Of a stretch of 64,000 nucleotides of DNA, positions 1 to 9,750 are shown piece after piece. Source of the DNA: an uncultured beta proteobacterium. GTDB taxonomy: Bacteria; Pseudomonadota; Gammaproteobacteria; Burkholderiales; Casimicrobiaceae. The notes under the pieces were generated by a model. It did no database searches. It was not told the DNA's origin and saw nothing but the letters and a program-made list of their open reading frames with translations. The stretch lies in the NCBI GenBank assembly GCA_963782625.1, contig CAWAKN010000013.1:55659-119658 (forward strand). Reading direction: 5' to 3'. The position numbers and the translations under genes are program-made. Every line of letters starts with the position of its first letter. Positions within the stretch are counted from its first letter, which is position 1.

Positions 1-2
1 TG

Positions 3-1439
3 TCCGAGACCGTGCGCCTCGAGAACCGCATGCTCGACCTGCGCCGCCCGCAAATGCAGCACAACTTGATGCTGCGCCATCGCGCGGCCATGTCCGCGCG
101 CAAGTTCCTGGACGGAAACGGCTTCATCGAAATCGAGACGCCGATCCTGTACAAATCCACGCCGGAAGGCGCGCGCGAGTTCCTGGTGCCTTCGCGCATC
201 CACCATGGCCACTTCTACGCGCTGCCCCAGTCGCCGCAGCTGTTCAAGCAGCTGCTGATGATGTCCGGGTTCGACCGCTACTACCAGATCGTGAAGTGCT
301 TCCGCGACGAGGACCTGCGCGCCGATCGCCAGCCCGAGTTCACGCAAATCGATATCGAGACGTCGTTCATGGACGAGTCCGAGATCGCCGCGCTGATGGA
401 ACCGCTGGTGCGCACGATGTTCAAGGAAGCGTTGGGCGTCGACCTCGTGGACCCCTTTCCGGTGATGACTTTCGCCGACGTCATGGCCAAGTACGGCTCG
501 GACAAGCCAGACCTTCGCGTGTCGCTGGTGCTGACCGAACTGACCGATCTCATGCGCACCGTCGACTTCAAGGTGTTCCGCGCCGCCGCCGACATGGCGG
601 GCGGCCGCGTCGCGGCGCTGCGCGTCCCAGGAGGCGGCACGCTGTCGCGCAAGGAAATCGACGAGTACACGACGTTCGTGAAGATCTACGGCGCCGGCGG
701 TCTCGCGTACATCAAGGTGAACGACGTCACCAAGGCCAGCGAGGAAGGCCTGCAGTCGCCGGTCGTCAAGTTCCTGGGCGAAGCGACGCTGCGCGAAATC
801 CTGCTCCGCACCGGCGCGCAAAACGGCGACCTGATCTTCTTCGGGGCGGACCGCGAGAAGATCGTCAACGACGCGCTGGGCGCGTTGCGCGCCAAGGTCG
901 GACACGATCGCGGCTTCGCGGAAAAGGGGTGGAAGCCGCTGTGGGTCGTCGATTTCCCGATGTTCGAATTCGACGACGAGAAGAAGACGTGGGCCGCGCG
1001 GCACCATCCGTTCACGGCGCCCAAGGACGGGCACGAAGACCTGTTCACGACGGACCCCGGCAAGGCGCTCGCCAAGGCATACGACGTCGTGTTGAACGGC
1101 TGGGAAATCGGCGGTGGGTCGGTGCGGATCCACCGCCCCGAAATCCAGGCCAAGGTCTTCGCGGCGCTGGGAATCTCGCCGGAGGACCAGCAGAAGAAGT
1201 TCGGCTTCCTGCTCAACTCGCTGCAATACGGCGCGCCGCCCCACGGCGGTATCGCATTCGGCTTCGATCGCATGGTGACGCTGATGTGCGGCGCCGAGTC
1301 GATCCGAGACGTGATCGCGTTCCCAAAGACGCAGCGTGGCCAGGACCTGCTCATCGACACGCCAACCCCCGTCACCGAGCCACAGTTGCGCGACCTGCAC
1401 ATCAAGGTGCGACCCACCGACTCGGTCAAGCTGACGTAA
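3..1439 (+). CDS. aspS: Aspartate--tRNA ligase (5'-truncated by window edge)
   Basis: Class II aaRS motifs [55 protein letters not shown]; frame open to window start. Confidence 0.97.
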   Translation, partial: SETVRLENRMLDLRRPQMQHNLMLRHRAAMSARKFLDGNGFIEIETPILYKSTPEGAREFLVPSRIHHGHFYALPQSPQLFKQLLMMSGFDRYYQIVKCFRDEDLRADRQPEFTQIDIETSFMDESEIAALMEPLVRTMFKEALGVDLVDPFPVMTFADVMAKYGSDKPDLRVSLVLTELTDLMRTVDFKVFRAAADMAGGRVAALRVPGGGTLSRKEIDEYTTFVKIYGAGGLAYIKVNDVTKASEEGLQSPVVKFLGEATLREILLRTGAQNGDLIFFGADREKIVNDALGALRAKVGHDRGFAEKGWKPLWVVDFPMFEFDDEKKTWAARHHPFTAPKDGHEDLFTTDPGKALAKAYDVVLNGWEIGGGSVRIHRPEIQAKVFAALGISPEDQQKKFGFLLNSLQYGAPPHGGIAFGFDRMVTLMCGAESIRDVIAFPKTQRGQDLLIDTPTPVTEPQLRDLHIKVRPTDSVKLT

Positions 1440-1461
1440 GTTTTTGGGCTAAACTGGGCGC

Positions 1462-1854
1462 ATGATTGTTAGCAGCGCCCGCCTTCGAAATGCCGCCGCC
1501 GGCATCCTGCTGGCGGCGGCATTTTCCTGCGCGCTGCCTGCGTTCGCGCGCGCGACGCCCGAGGCACTTCCGGACATTGCGCTGGCCGACCTGCCCAAGG
1601 AAGGCCGCGAAGTCCTGTACCAGATCCGAAATGGCGGGCCGTTCCGGTACGACCGCGACGGCGTGGTATTCCGCAATCGCGAGGGGCTGCTTCCGGCCGG
1701 GCACAAGGGCTATTATCACGAGTACACGGTAAGCACGCCCGGCGCCAACAACCGCGGTGCGCGCCGGATCATCTGCGGCGGTCCGACCAAGTCGCCGGAC
1801 GTCTGTTTCTATACGAGTGACCATTATCAATCGTTCAAGAGGATCCGCGAATGA
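1462..1854 (+). CDS. Secreted guanyl-specific ribonuclease (barnase/RNase Sa family)
   Basis: Signal peptide; FRNREGLLP, YYHEYTV, RGARRII, YTSDHYQSF motifs. Confidence 0.9.
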   Translation: MIVSSARLRNAAAGILLAAAFSCALPAFARATPEALPDIALADLPKEGREVLYQIRNGGPFRYDRDGVVFRNREGLLPAGHKGYYHEYTVSTPGANNRGARRIICGGPTKSPDVCFYTSDHYQSFKRIRE

Positions 1855-2240
1855 AGGCGCCTGACTTGGCCGTCGTCGACGACGCCGGCGTCCATCCCTG
1901 GTCTGGCGCGACGGACGCGTTGAAGGCCGCCGCCGCGCATGCGCATCTCAAGTTCGCGGTCGCCAATCTCGGACTGGCCAAGGATCGCGCAACGCTGTTT
2001 GCGGAACTCGATCGCGCCCTCAAGCTGCCCGAACACTTCGGCCACAATTTCGACGCACTGGCCGACGTACTGGAGGACAGCGACTGGCTGGGCAAGAGCG
2101 GCCGGGCGATCGTGCTTTCGCACGCCGCCGTCTATCGCAAGGATCACCCCAACGACTGGGCGACGCTCGAGGACCTGCTCGCGGAAGCCGCCGAGTTCTG
2201 GAAGGAACGGCACGTGGGGTTCTGGACCTTCGTCGCCTGA
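1851..2240 (+). CDS. Barstar-family ribonuclease inhibitor
   Basis: LPEHFGHNFDALADVL barstar motif; ATGA overlap with the RNase gene. Confidence 0.9.
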   Translation: MKAPDLAVVDDAGVHPWSGATDALKAAAAHAHLKFAVANLGLAKDRATLFAELDRALKLPEHFGHNFDALADVLEDSDWLGKSGRAIVLSHAAVYRKDHPNDWATLEDLLAEAAEFWKERHVGFWTFVA

Positions 2241-2268
2241 CGCCTTGTCCATCGAACCGGGCGGCCCG

Positions 2269-2730
2269 GTGGCATACAAGCAACCCGTTTCCGTTCTCGT
2301 CCTCGTTTACACACGCGATCGCACCGTGCTGCTGCTGGAGCGCGCCGACTTTCCCGGCCATTGGCAGTCGGTGACCGGCAGCCAGGAACCGGAGGAGTCG
2401 CTTCTGGCGACCGCCTCGCGGGAGCTTATCGAGGAAACGGGCATCGACGCCCGCTCCGTGGGCACCTTGACCGACTGGAGTCTGTCCAACGTGTACGAGA
2501 TCTATCCGAAGTGGCGGCATCGCTATCGACCCGGCGTCACCCACAACACCGAGCACGTGTTCGGTCTCGAGATTCCCGCGCCCGTGCCGGTGACCCTCAA
2601 CCCGCGGGAGCATCTGCGCTTCGCTTGGCTGCCCTGGCGCGAGGCCGCAGAAAAGTGTTTCTCCTGGTCGAACCGTGCCGCCATCGATGCACTCGAGCAA
2701 CGCATTCCCGCAGCAAGGATGCTCTCATGA
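2269..2730 (+). CDS. nudB: Dihydroneopterin triphosphate diphosphatase (Nudix)
   Basis: YKQPVSVLV, WQSVTGS...RELIEETG Nudix box, HNTEHVF; GTG start; usual position downstream of aspS. Confidence 0.9.
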   Translation: MAYKQPVSVLVLVYTRDRTVLLLERADFPGHWQSVTGSQEPEESLLATASRELIEETGIDARSVGTLTDWSLSNVYEIYPKWRHRYRPGVTHNTEHVFGLEIPAPVPVTLNPREHLRFAWLPWREAAEKCFSWSNRAAIDALEQRIPAARMLS

Positions 2731-3470
2731 TCAACATCCCGCGTTTAGTCACGTTTTTTGTTGTGGCCGTGTCGATCGCATTCTTCATCGTTGTCTCGCA
2801 GGTCTTGGCACAGCCGGTCCAGCAATTCGCACCGTCGCCCGCGGCCGTTTCCCTCTCAGCGTCGGCGACGGCGAGCATTCCCAACGACCGTATGCTGGCG
2901 TGGATGCGCGCGGAATCCGACAACGCCGACCCGGCGGCGGCCGCCAACGTCGTCAACACGCGGATGGCCAAGGCGCTTGCCCTCGCCAAGGCCGCGAAGG
3001 GCGTCGAGGCTTCGACATCCGGTTACTCGTCCAATCAAGTCACGGAGAAGAACCAGCCGGCACGCTGGCGCGTGGCGCAGACGCTGAAGCTCGAGGGCAG
3101 CGACTTTGCGTCGATGTCGGCGCTGATCACGCAGCTGCAGTCCGAGGGCGGGCTTGTCGTCGACGGCACCCAGTTCTCCGTGAGCGGCGCGGCGCGCCGG
3201 AAGGCCGAGGAGGGTCTTACCCAGCAGGCGATCAAGGCATGGCAAGCGCGCGCGACGGACGCCGCACGCGGCTTCGGCTTCGACAGCTGGCGCGTGGGCA
3301 AGGTCGCGATCCAATCCAATGACTCGTTCCGCCCGCAACCGGTCATGCGCGCGATGGCCATGGAGGCAAAGACCACGCCGGTTGCGCTGGAAGGCGGCAA
3401 TTCCGAGGTCACCGTCACCGTTTCCGGTGACGCTTTGCTGGAGGCGCCGCGGCCCACGTCAGGCAAGTAG
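2727..3470 (+). CDS. SIMPL/DUF541-domain exported protein
   Basis: N-terminal hydrophobic leader; C-terminal PVALEGGNSEVTVTVSG typical of SIMPL; ATGA overlap with nudB. Confidence 0.8.
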   Translation: MINIPRLVTFFVVAVSIAFFIVVSQVLAQPVQQFAPSPAAVSLSASATASIPNDRMLAWMRAESDNADPAAAANVVNTRMAKALALAKAAKGVEASTSGYSSNQVTEKNQPARWRVAQTLKLEGSDFASMSALITQLQSEGGLVVDGTQFSVSGAARRKAEEGLTQQAIKAWQARATDAARGFGFDSWRVGKVAIQSNDSFRPQPVMRAMAMEAKTTPVALEGGNSEVTVTVSGDALLEAPRPTSGK

Positions 3471-3715
3471 CGACTTGCCGCCGAACGGCACCGCGCTGAG
3501 GAAAGCCCAGCGCATCCGTTGCGCATTGTCAAGCCCTCTCCGCGCGCGCCGGTCGTCGGCCCCGTCGCGGAAGACGTTGTCCTCCCGAATTTTGAAGTGG
3601 TACTCTACGCGTCCGCACGGTGGCGGAGTGGCGACCAAGTTGTTTTCCACTGCCACGCTCCACACCGTGCACAAAATGTGGGATGAAGTCGTTATCCAAT
3701 TTCCTGGGGGTTCCA

Positions 3716-6687
3716 ATGTTGAAAAGATATTCCATTAGGCGCTGGGCGCTGGCGGTATTGTTCGCCTTGCCGCTGGCAGTGCCGCACACGGTCTCGGCTG
3801 CGAACGATGCCGCGCCGGGCGTGGTCAAGCACCAATCGAAACTCTACATCGTGCAGATGAGCGACCCGCCGGTGGTCGCGTATACCGGCGGCATTGCGGG
3901 CCTCAAGGCGACCAAGCCCAATCGCGGCAAGAAGATCGATCCATTGAGCAACGAGGTCGTGCGTTACGGGGACTTCCTGACCGCGAAGCATGACGCCGCG
4001 TTGCGCGGTGTCGGCGGCGCAAACAAGGCCTATAGCTACAAGTTCGCGTTCAACGGCTTCGCGGCCGAACTCTCGGACGCGCAAGTCGAGAGAAATGAAA
4101 ACGATGCCTGGCGTTCTCGCCGTGAGCAAGGACGAAAAGCACTCGATCGACACGTCCTCGACGCCGGCGTTTCTCGGCTTCAGCAACGCCGGCGGACTGT
4201 GGCGACAACTGAGCGGCAACGCAACGGAAACCCCATCATCGCGCGAAAGGTCCTAACAGCGGCGGCGCGGGCGAAGGTATCGTCGTCGGCATGGTCGATA
4301 GCGGCATCTGGCCCGAGCACCCGAGCTTTTCGGATCGCGATGCAAACGGCAAGCTGGTCTACCAGCAGATCCCCGGCTGGCACGGCAAGTGCACGCATGG
4401 CGAGGCGTTCGATGGACTCGAGTTGCAACCAGAAGTTGATCGGCCCAGCGGTACTGCGATTCGGGGTTTGGCGGCGAGGCGCGCATCAAGGGAAAGTTCC
4501 CGTACGAATTCTATTCGCCGCGTGAGTGGGCCGGCCACGGGACGCCATACGGCCAGCACGGCTGCGTGGCAATTCTGGCGTGCCCGCCACTGTCAACGGC
4601 AACCGCCTTGGCATCATCAGCGGGATGGCGCCGCGCGCGCGCATCGCTGTGTACAAGGTCTGCTGGGCGGATCGCAAGCGGCGTGCGGCTGCTTCGGCTC
4701 TGACAGCGTGGCGGCGATCGACCAGGCGGTTGCTGACGGCGTGGACGTCATCAACTTCTCGATCAGCGGCTCGACGACCAGTTTCCTGCGACCCGGTCGA
4801 AATCGCGTTGCTGTTCGCCGCCGATGCGGGTGTGTTCGTCGCAGCGTCGGCGGGCAACAGCGGCCCGGCGAGTGTCGACCGTTGCGCACCCCAGCCCGTG
4901 GATCACGACGGTGGCGGCGGGTACTCATAACCGCAATGGCGAAGGATCGGTGACGCTGGGTAACGGCGCGCGTCTACACGGGCGCGGCGTGTGCCAACGC
5001 GCTGGGTTCACGCCGTTGTTCGATCGGCGAACGCGGTCTGCAGCTGGCGCAACCGCGCTGCGACGCCTGAGCTTGTGCGCGGACGCCGGTGGCCCTCGAT
5101 GCTGCGACGGTCGCGGGCAAGGTCGTCCTCTGCAAGCGGGGTGTCAATGCGCGCGTGGACAAGAGTCTGGCGGTGAACGAGGCAGGCGGCGTCGGGATGA
5201 TGCTTTACAACGACCCCGTCGGCAGCACGAACACGCTGGTGCTCGACTCCACTCAGTGCCCACGGTGCATGTGGTCGCGGCCATCGGCCTCGCGATCCTG
5301 GCGTATTTGCTGCGACCGCGGCGGCGCGACGGCAGCTCGATGCGCAATCGGTCATCGTCTTCAACGCGCCCGCGCCGTTGACGTGCCACGTTCTCTTCGC
5401 GCGGGCCGTCTCTTGCCGCGGCGGGGGACATTCTCAAGCCCGACATCATCGCGCCCGGGACAGACATCCTCGCCGGCGTCGCAGACCCTGCAACACCGGC
5501 CGCAAGTTCGACTCTGCTCAGCGGCACGTCGATGTCCAGCCCGCACATGGCCGGCATCGGCAGCGCTGTTCAAGCAGCTGCACCCGGAATGGTCGCCGAG
5601 CCAGATCAAGTCGGCGCTGATGACGACCGCCGGCCGACGTTCATCGATGGTCCCAATACCAATGGCCGCTGGTGATCTTCGGCAAGGCGCGGGACAGTTC
5701 GGCCGAACACTGGCCAGCAATCCGGGACTCGTGTTCGACGCCGGCTTCGGCGACTGGCTGAGCTTCATCTGCGGAACGGACAACTCGAGGGCCTCGTACT
5801 GCCGTCGATCGCCAATCGATCCCAGCGACTCAACACGGCGTCCATCGCATCGGGCGCTTGCCGGCTCGCAGACGGTGAAGCGAACGGTGACGAACGTCGG
5901 CGCGGCGCTGCGACCTACACGTCTCGGTCCACGGGGCTCGCGGATATCACGGACGGCTCAGTCCGGCGTCATTGACGATCGCGGCCGGGCGAGACCAAGG
6001 AATTCAGCGTCACCTTCACGCAACGCGGCGCGCCGTGAACGCCTACGAGGCGGTCATTGTACGCTGACCGATGGCACGGCCACAACGTGCGCATTCCGGT
6101 CGTCTCAGGCCCGTCGTATTCGCGGCTCCGGCGGAAGTCAGCGGCACGTATAGCGTCAAGTTCGGGTATAGCGGAGCGTTCGGCGCGACGCGCGTGGACT
6201 GGTGCCGGCGGCGACCAACACGGGTTCGGTGGCGACGGGTGGCGGCCAGTTCGTGAACTCACGTATGCCGGCGGGCCCGACCTATGCCCGTTTCTCGTTG
6301 TTCGACTCCGAAGTCAGCCAACCCAGCGACCTCGATCTCGAGGTTTCAACTCTGGCGGCCCGCTGGTCGGGCAGCAGCGGCGGCGGAACCACGGCCGAGG
6401 AGGTCAACTTCCTCAATCCGCCGGCGGCGAACTACACCGTACGTGTCCTGGCTTTGCGGTGCCGTCCGGTGCTGCGAACTTCAAGCTGTTCAGCTGGGCG
6501 CTGGGCAGCACGGCTGCAGGCAACATGATCGTCACGGCGCCCGCTGTGGCAACGCTCGGACCACGGGTAGCCATCGATATCGCTACCAGCGGGCTGTCCC
6601 CGGCAACCAAGTACCTGGGTTCGGTGGTCTACTGGTGGCGCTCCAGGCTTGCCTAACCCGACCATCGTTCGGATCGACACTCCGTAA
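3716..6687 (+). pseudogene. S8 subtilase (I9 prodomain, catalytic domain, PA domain, C-terminal beta domains), broken by many frameshifts; sequencing error or pseudogene
   Basis: Fragments across frames: signal peptide, YIVQM, YSYKFAFNGFAA (I9), VDSGIWPEHPSF (Asp), [44 protein letters not shown] (PA), [12 protein letters not shown] (Ser), [27 protein letters not shown]. Confidence 0.85.
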
Positions 6688-6710
6688 TACGTCCGTCCGG
6701 AAGTTGCAGC

Positions 6711-6743
6711 AAAAAACCGCGGCCTTCGGGCCGCGGTTTTTTT
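6711..6743. terminator. Bidirectional intrinsic terminator
   Basis: aaaaaaccgcggcc-ttcg-ggccgcggttttttt between the convergent subtilase and KS operon. Confidence 0.85.
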
Positions 6744-6819
6744 GGGCCCTCCGCGATGAGATGCAGGAAGGTCAGGATCCAGTCCAATGACTCGTTCCGC
6801 CGCCGCGGCCGAACGCGCG

Positions 6820-7302
6820 CTAACGTCCCGATGGCACGGGCGGCGCGTCGCCGGGACTTGCGTCAAGACGCCAGGCTTCGAGTTTGGGTGTTCCAAGCGC
6901 ATGGCCGAAGGCCACCGTCACCACGAATGCCTGAGCCACGGACCCCTTGGTCAGATGTCCGCAGGCGGCAGTCCAGGCGGCCGCCAGTGCATCGTCTCCG
7001 AGCCACGTGCCATTCGGCCCCGTAATGCCGTAACGGCGCGCGATGGCAGCGCAGGGCGCATTGGCGAGGCACCACGGAAACAGTTCGGGATTGGCCAGCG
7101 CCACGCCGGTGCGTTGCGCCTCCGACCAGAAGCGCAACGCGGTTCGACTACCCGCGTCCGTCGATGCGACGCACAGCGCGCTGCGGACGTTGCCGCCGGC
7201 GCTGAAGAGTGCGGACAACTCCGTCATCGCGACGTCGAGCGCGTCGCGCTCCAGTGCCGCTTCGTCCAGCGCCACCACCTCATGGCCGACAACACGGGTC
7301 AT
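6820..7302 (-). CDS. Short inactive ketosynthase-like protein (chain-length-factor-like N-terminal fragment)
   Basis: NPELFPWCLANAPCAAIARRYGITGPNGT matches the KS N-terminal dimer region; no Cys at the catalytic position, no His motifs; ATGA overlap with KS. Confidence 0.7.
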   Translation of the reverse strand: MTRVVGHEVVALDEAALERDALDVAMTELSALFSAGGNVRSALCVASTDAGSRTALRFWSEAQRTGVALANPELFPWCLANAPCAAIARRYGITGPNGTWLGDDALAAAWTAACGHLTKGSVAQAFVVTVAFGHALGTPKLEAWRLDASPGDAPPVPSGR

Positions 7303-8507
7303 GGAGACCAAGCACCCACGAGGAGCGACGAGTTGAGCCCGCCAAAAGCAAACGCGTTGTTGAGCACCCAACGTATCGGCATTGGCTGAGCCTTGCGCGC
7401 GCACGCCACTGGAAATTCGCTATCCGGCTCATCGTGGCCCGCAGTAGGCGGCACCATTTGTGCCCGCAGACCCTCCACGCAGATCGCGAGCTCCAGCGCG
7501 GCCGCGGCGCCAAGCGCGTGTCCCAGCGCGCCCTTGCTGCCGCTCACCGCAGGCAGCCGCGCGCCGAACAGCGCGTGCAACGCACGGCCCTCCGCGTCGT
7601 CGGAGGCCCGGGTTCCACTGCCATGCGCATTGACCCAGTCAATGGCATCGGTCGACACACCGCCCGCGGTGAGCGCGGCCTCCATGGCTTCACGCATGCC
7701 GGAGCCATCCGGTCGCGGCGCGGTGGGATGATAGGCGTCGCAGGACAGTCCCAGCGCCCTGATCTCCGCCAGCGGCATGGCGCCACGCGCCAAGGCATCC
7801 TCGGCGCGTTCGAGGACGAACATTGCAGCACCCTCGCCCAGCAGCATGCCGCTGCGCTTCCTATCGAAAGGCCGGCAGCGTTCTGCCGCCATCGCCCGCG
7901 AGCGGCTGAAGCCCACGAGAGACAGGCGCGAGAACGGCTCCACGCCACCTGCGAGCGCGCGCGTCACACGACCGGCGCACAGATCGTCGAGCGCCGCACC
8001 CACCGCATAGTTACCGGCTGCGCAGGCCGTTGCCAGCGACTGGTGAGGCCCAGCGAGCGCAAAGTGTTCGCGAACGGCGCGCGTAAACGACGGCACGCGA
8101 AAGTCATTGACATCGATCGTCGCCCCTTCGGCCGCACCCTCGAACGCTGCGCTTTCGCCGAGTGTACTGCCGATGTATACGCCGGTCCCCGCCGGCGGCG
8201 TACCGCAGGACTGCGCGACCGCCTGCTCGGCGGCCGCTATCGCCAGCGTGCGACCGCGGCGAAGCGGGTCCGCCGCGATATCCTCGACGCGGCAAGCCAG
8301 TGCGCATCGATATCCGCCCTCGCGCAGGTCGGCCCACTCGCGCACCGCGCTTTCCCCGGCCGCCAGCCGTTGCCACATCGACTCTGCGGAAATCCCCAGC
8401 GGCGAGGCAACGCCTACGCCGGTAATGACGACACGCGATTTGCTGATTGGATTCCCTTCGCGCTTTGCACTCCGGTTACCGCCCCGGGGGCCGTCCGGCG
8501 GATTCAT
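7299..8507 (-). CDS. Beta-ketoacyl-ACP synthase (FabF-like / type II KS)
   Basis: RVVITGVG, ATACAAG (Cys), HGSGT and KGALGHALGAA (His-His), NAFAFGGLN; ATGA overlap with ACP. Confidence 0.93.
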   Translation of the reverse strand: MNPPDGPRGGNRSAKREGNPISKSRVVITGVGVASPLGISAESMWQRLAAGESAVREWADLREGGYRCALACRVEDIAADPLRRGRTLAIAAAEQAVAQSCGTPPAGTGVYIGSTLGESAAFEGAAEGATIDVNDFRVPSFTRAVREHFALAGPHQSLATACAAGNYAVGAALDDLCAGRVTRALAGGVEPFSRLSLVGFSRSRAMAAERCRPFDRKRSGMLLGEGAAMFVLERAEDALARGAMPLAEIRALGLSCDAYHPTAPRPDGSGMREAMEAALTAGGVSTDAIDWVNAHGSGTRASDDAEGRALHALFGARLPAVSGSKGALGHALGAAAALELAICVEGLRAQMVPPTAGHDEPDSEFPVACARKAQPMPIRWVLNNAFAFGGLNSSLLVGAWSP

Positions 8508-8785
8508 GCCGACGCTTTGGCGATGATGTAATCGGCGCTCGCTTCGAGCGACACGAAGCACGCCAGATCGCCGTCGGGTATCAGCACGCCGTAGTGCTGC
8601 TCGATCCGTGCCACCAGTTCGACGAGATCGAGCGAGTCGAGGTTGAGATCCGCTCGGTAAAGCGCGGGCGCGGGCCAGTCGGCAGGAAGGTGCGGGCTGA
8701 TCCGGCGTAGCTCGTCGCGCAGGGTGGCGATCACTTGCTCGCGGTCGGGCGCGGAGGCGAGGTCAGGCATCGGCAATGGCGTCAA
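8504..8785 (-). CDS. Acyl carrier protein
   Basis: 93 aa, DLNLDSLDLVELV phosphopantetheine site; TTGA overlap with upstream gene. Confidence 0.9.
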   Translation of the reverse strand: MTPLPMPDLASAPDREQVIATLRDELRRISPHLPADWPAPALYRADLNLDSLDLVELVARIEQHYGVLIPDGDLACFVSLEASADYIIAKASA

Positions 8786-9750
8786 GGATAGGTTTGAACT
8801 GCGTTCGCTCGCGCGACGGCGCCAATCGCCGAGGCCAGCGGCGCGAGCGGGTCGCCGATCAGCCTATACGAGCCGGTTGCGGAGGGTGACGAAGGCGCGG
8901 CTTGGGCAACAAGCTCGCCGATGGTGGTTGCGCCGGCAGCCAATGCGTCGCACATGCCCACAGCCCAGCGCGTGTTGTCGGTATGCAGCGTATCGCCTGC
9001 GGCGCCGAAACTCGCCGCCGCCACCCCTTGCAGCGGAAGCGCCTCGGCGTAGGAAAGACCCACGCGTCGGCGGCTCGCCGTGCGGCAACACAGCGAAACG
9101 AGCGCTCCGAGCGGTTCGCCGGCAAAGGGGTCGAAATGGTGACTGCGCGTGCCGTGGTATCCGACCCATCCGACCGGACGCCCGTGACCCACGTAGATGC
9201 CGAGACCGAGCCCGCTTCCGAGGGCCTCAACCATGCGTTCGCGGGTGATCACATCGCCCGTCCAGCGAAATGTCGCGATGCGGTGCTCAAGCAGGGCGGC
9301 GACGCGCTCGGCGACATGGAGGTAACGTGGATGCCATTGCCCAAGCACCGCAATGACTGCGCGCCGCCCGCGGCGCCGGTGAACGCGCGCCGCCGCGGCC
9401 GCGAATCGGCGGCAGGCGTCGGGCGACACTGCAGGCAACCAGGCGACGGGGACGCGGCGCCCGCCGCGATCGACGGCAAATGGCGCAGATAGCACGGTGG
9501 CAGGCGCACGCCGCGCCGACCCGACGAGCAGCGCGCCCTCCAGTTTGTCCTGCTCGCGCACGAGCGCCTCAAGATCGGGCATGGCGACTGCGTAACTTGT
9601 GCATTCCACGCGAACGCCAACATCGCGCCACGCCTCGACGAGTTCGGCGAAGTCGCGCATGCGCCCGGCCGGCGCTGCGAGCAGAACATGGCGCGGCCGC
9701 GTCACGCCACCTGCGGGTGTGTCTGCACGTACAGCGAGAATTTCTCCCAC
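8782..9750 (-). CDS. C25 (gingipain-like, clan CD) cysteine peptidase domain protein, no signal peptide
   Basis: VPVAWLP (cf. IGRLP), IYVGHG (catalytic His-Gly), LVSLCC (catalytic Cys), YRLIGDP (cf. NLLGDP). Confidence 0.75.
   Translation of the reverse strand: MGEILAVRADTPAGGVTRPRHVLLAAPAGRMRDFAELVEAWRDVGVRVECTSYAVAMPDLEALVREQDKLEGALLVGSARRAPATVLSAPFAVDRGGRRVPVAWLPAVSPDACRRFAAAAARVHRRRGRRAVIAVLGQWHPRYLHVAERVAALLEHRIATFRWTGDVITRERMVEALGSGLGLGIYVGHGRPVGWVGYHGTRSHHFDPFAGEPLGALVSLCCRTASRRRVGLSYAEALPLQGVAAASFGAAGDTLHTDNTRWAVGMCDALAAGATTIGELVAQAAPSSPSATGSYRLIGDPLAPLASAIGAVARANAVQTYP

Noticed and set aside
7299-8785. Housekeeping acpP-fabF or an aryl polyene cluster
   Set aside because: No fabD/fabG/fabH or APE tailoring genes nearby, and the ACP is unlike AcpP
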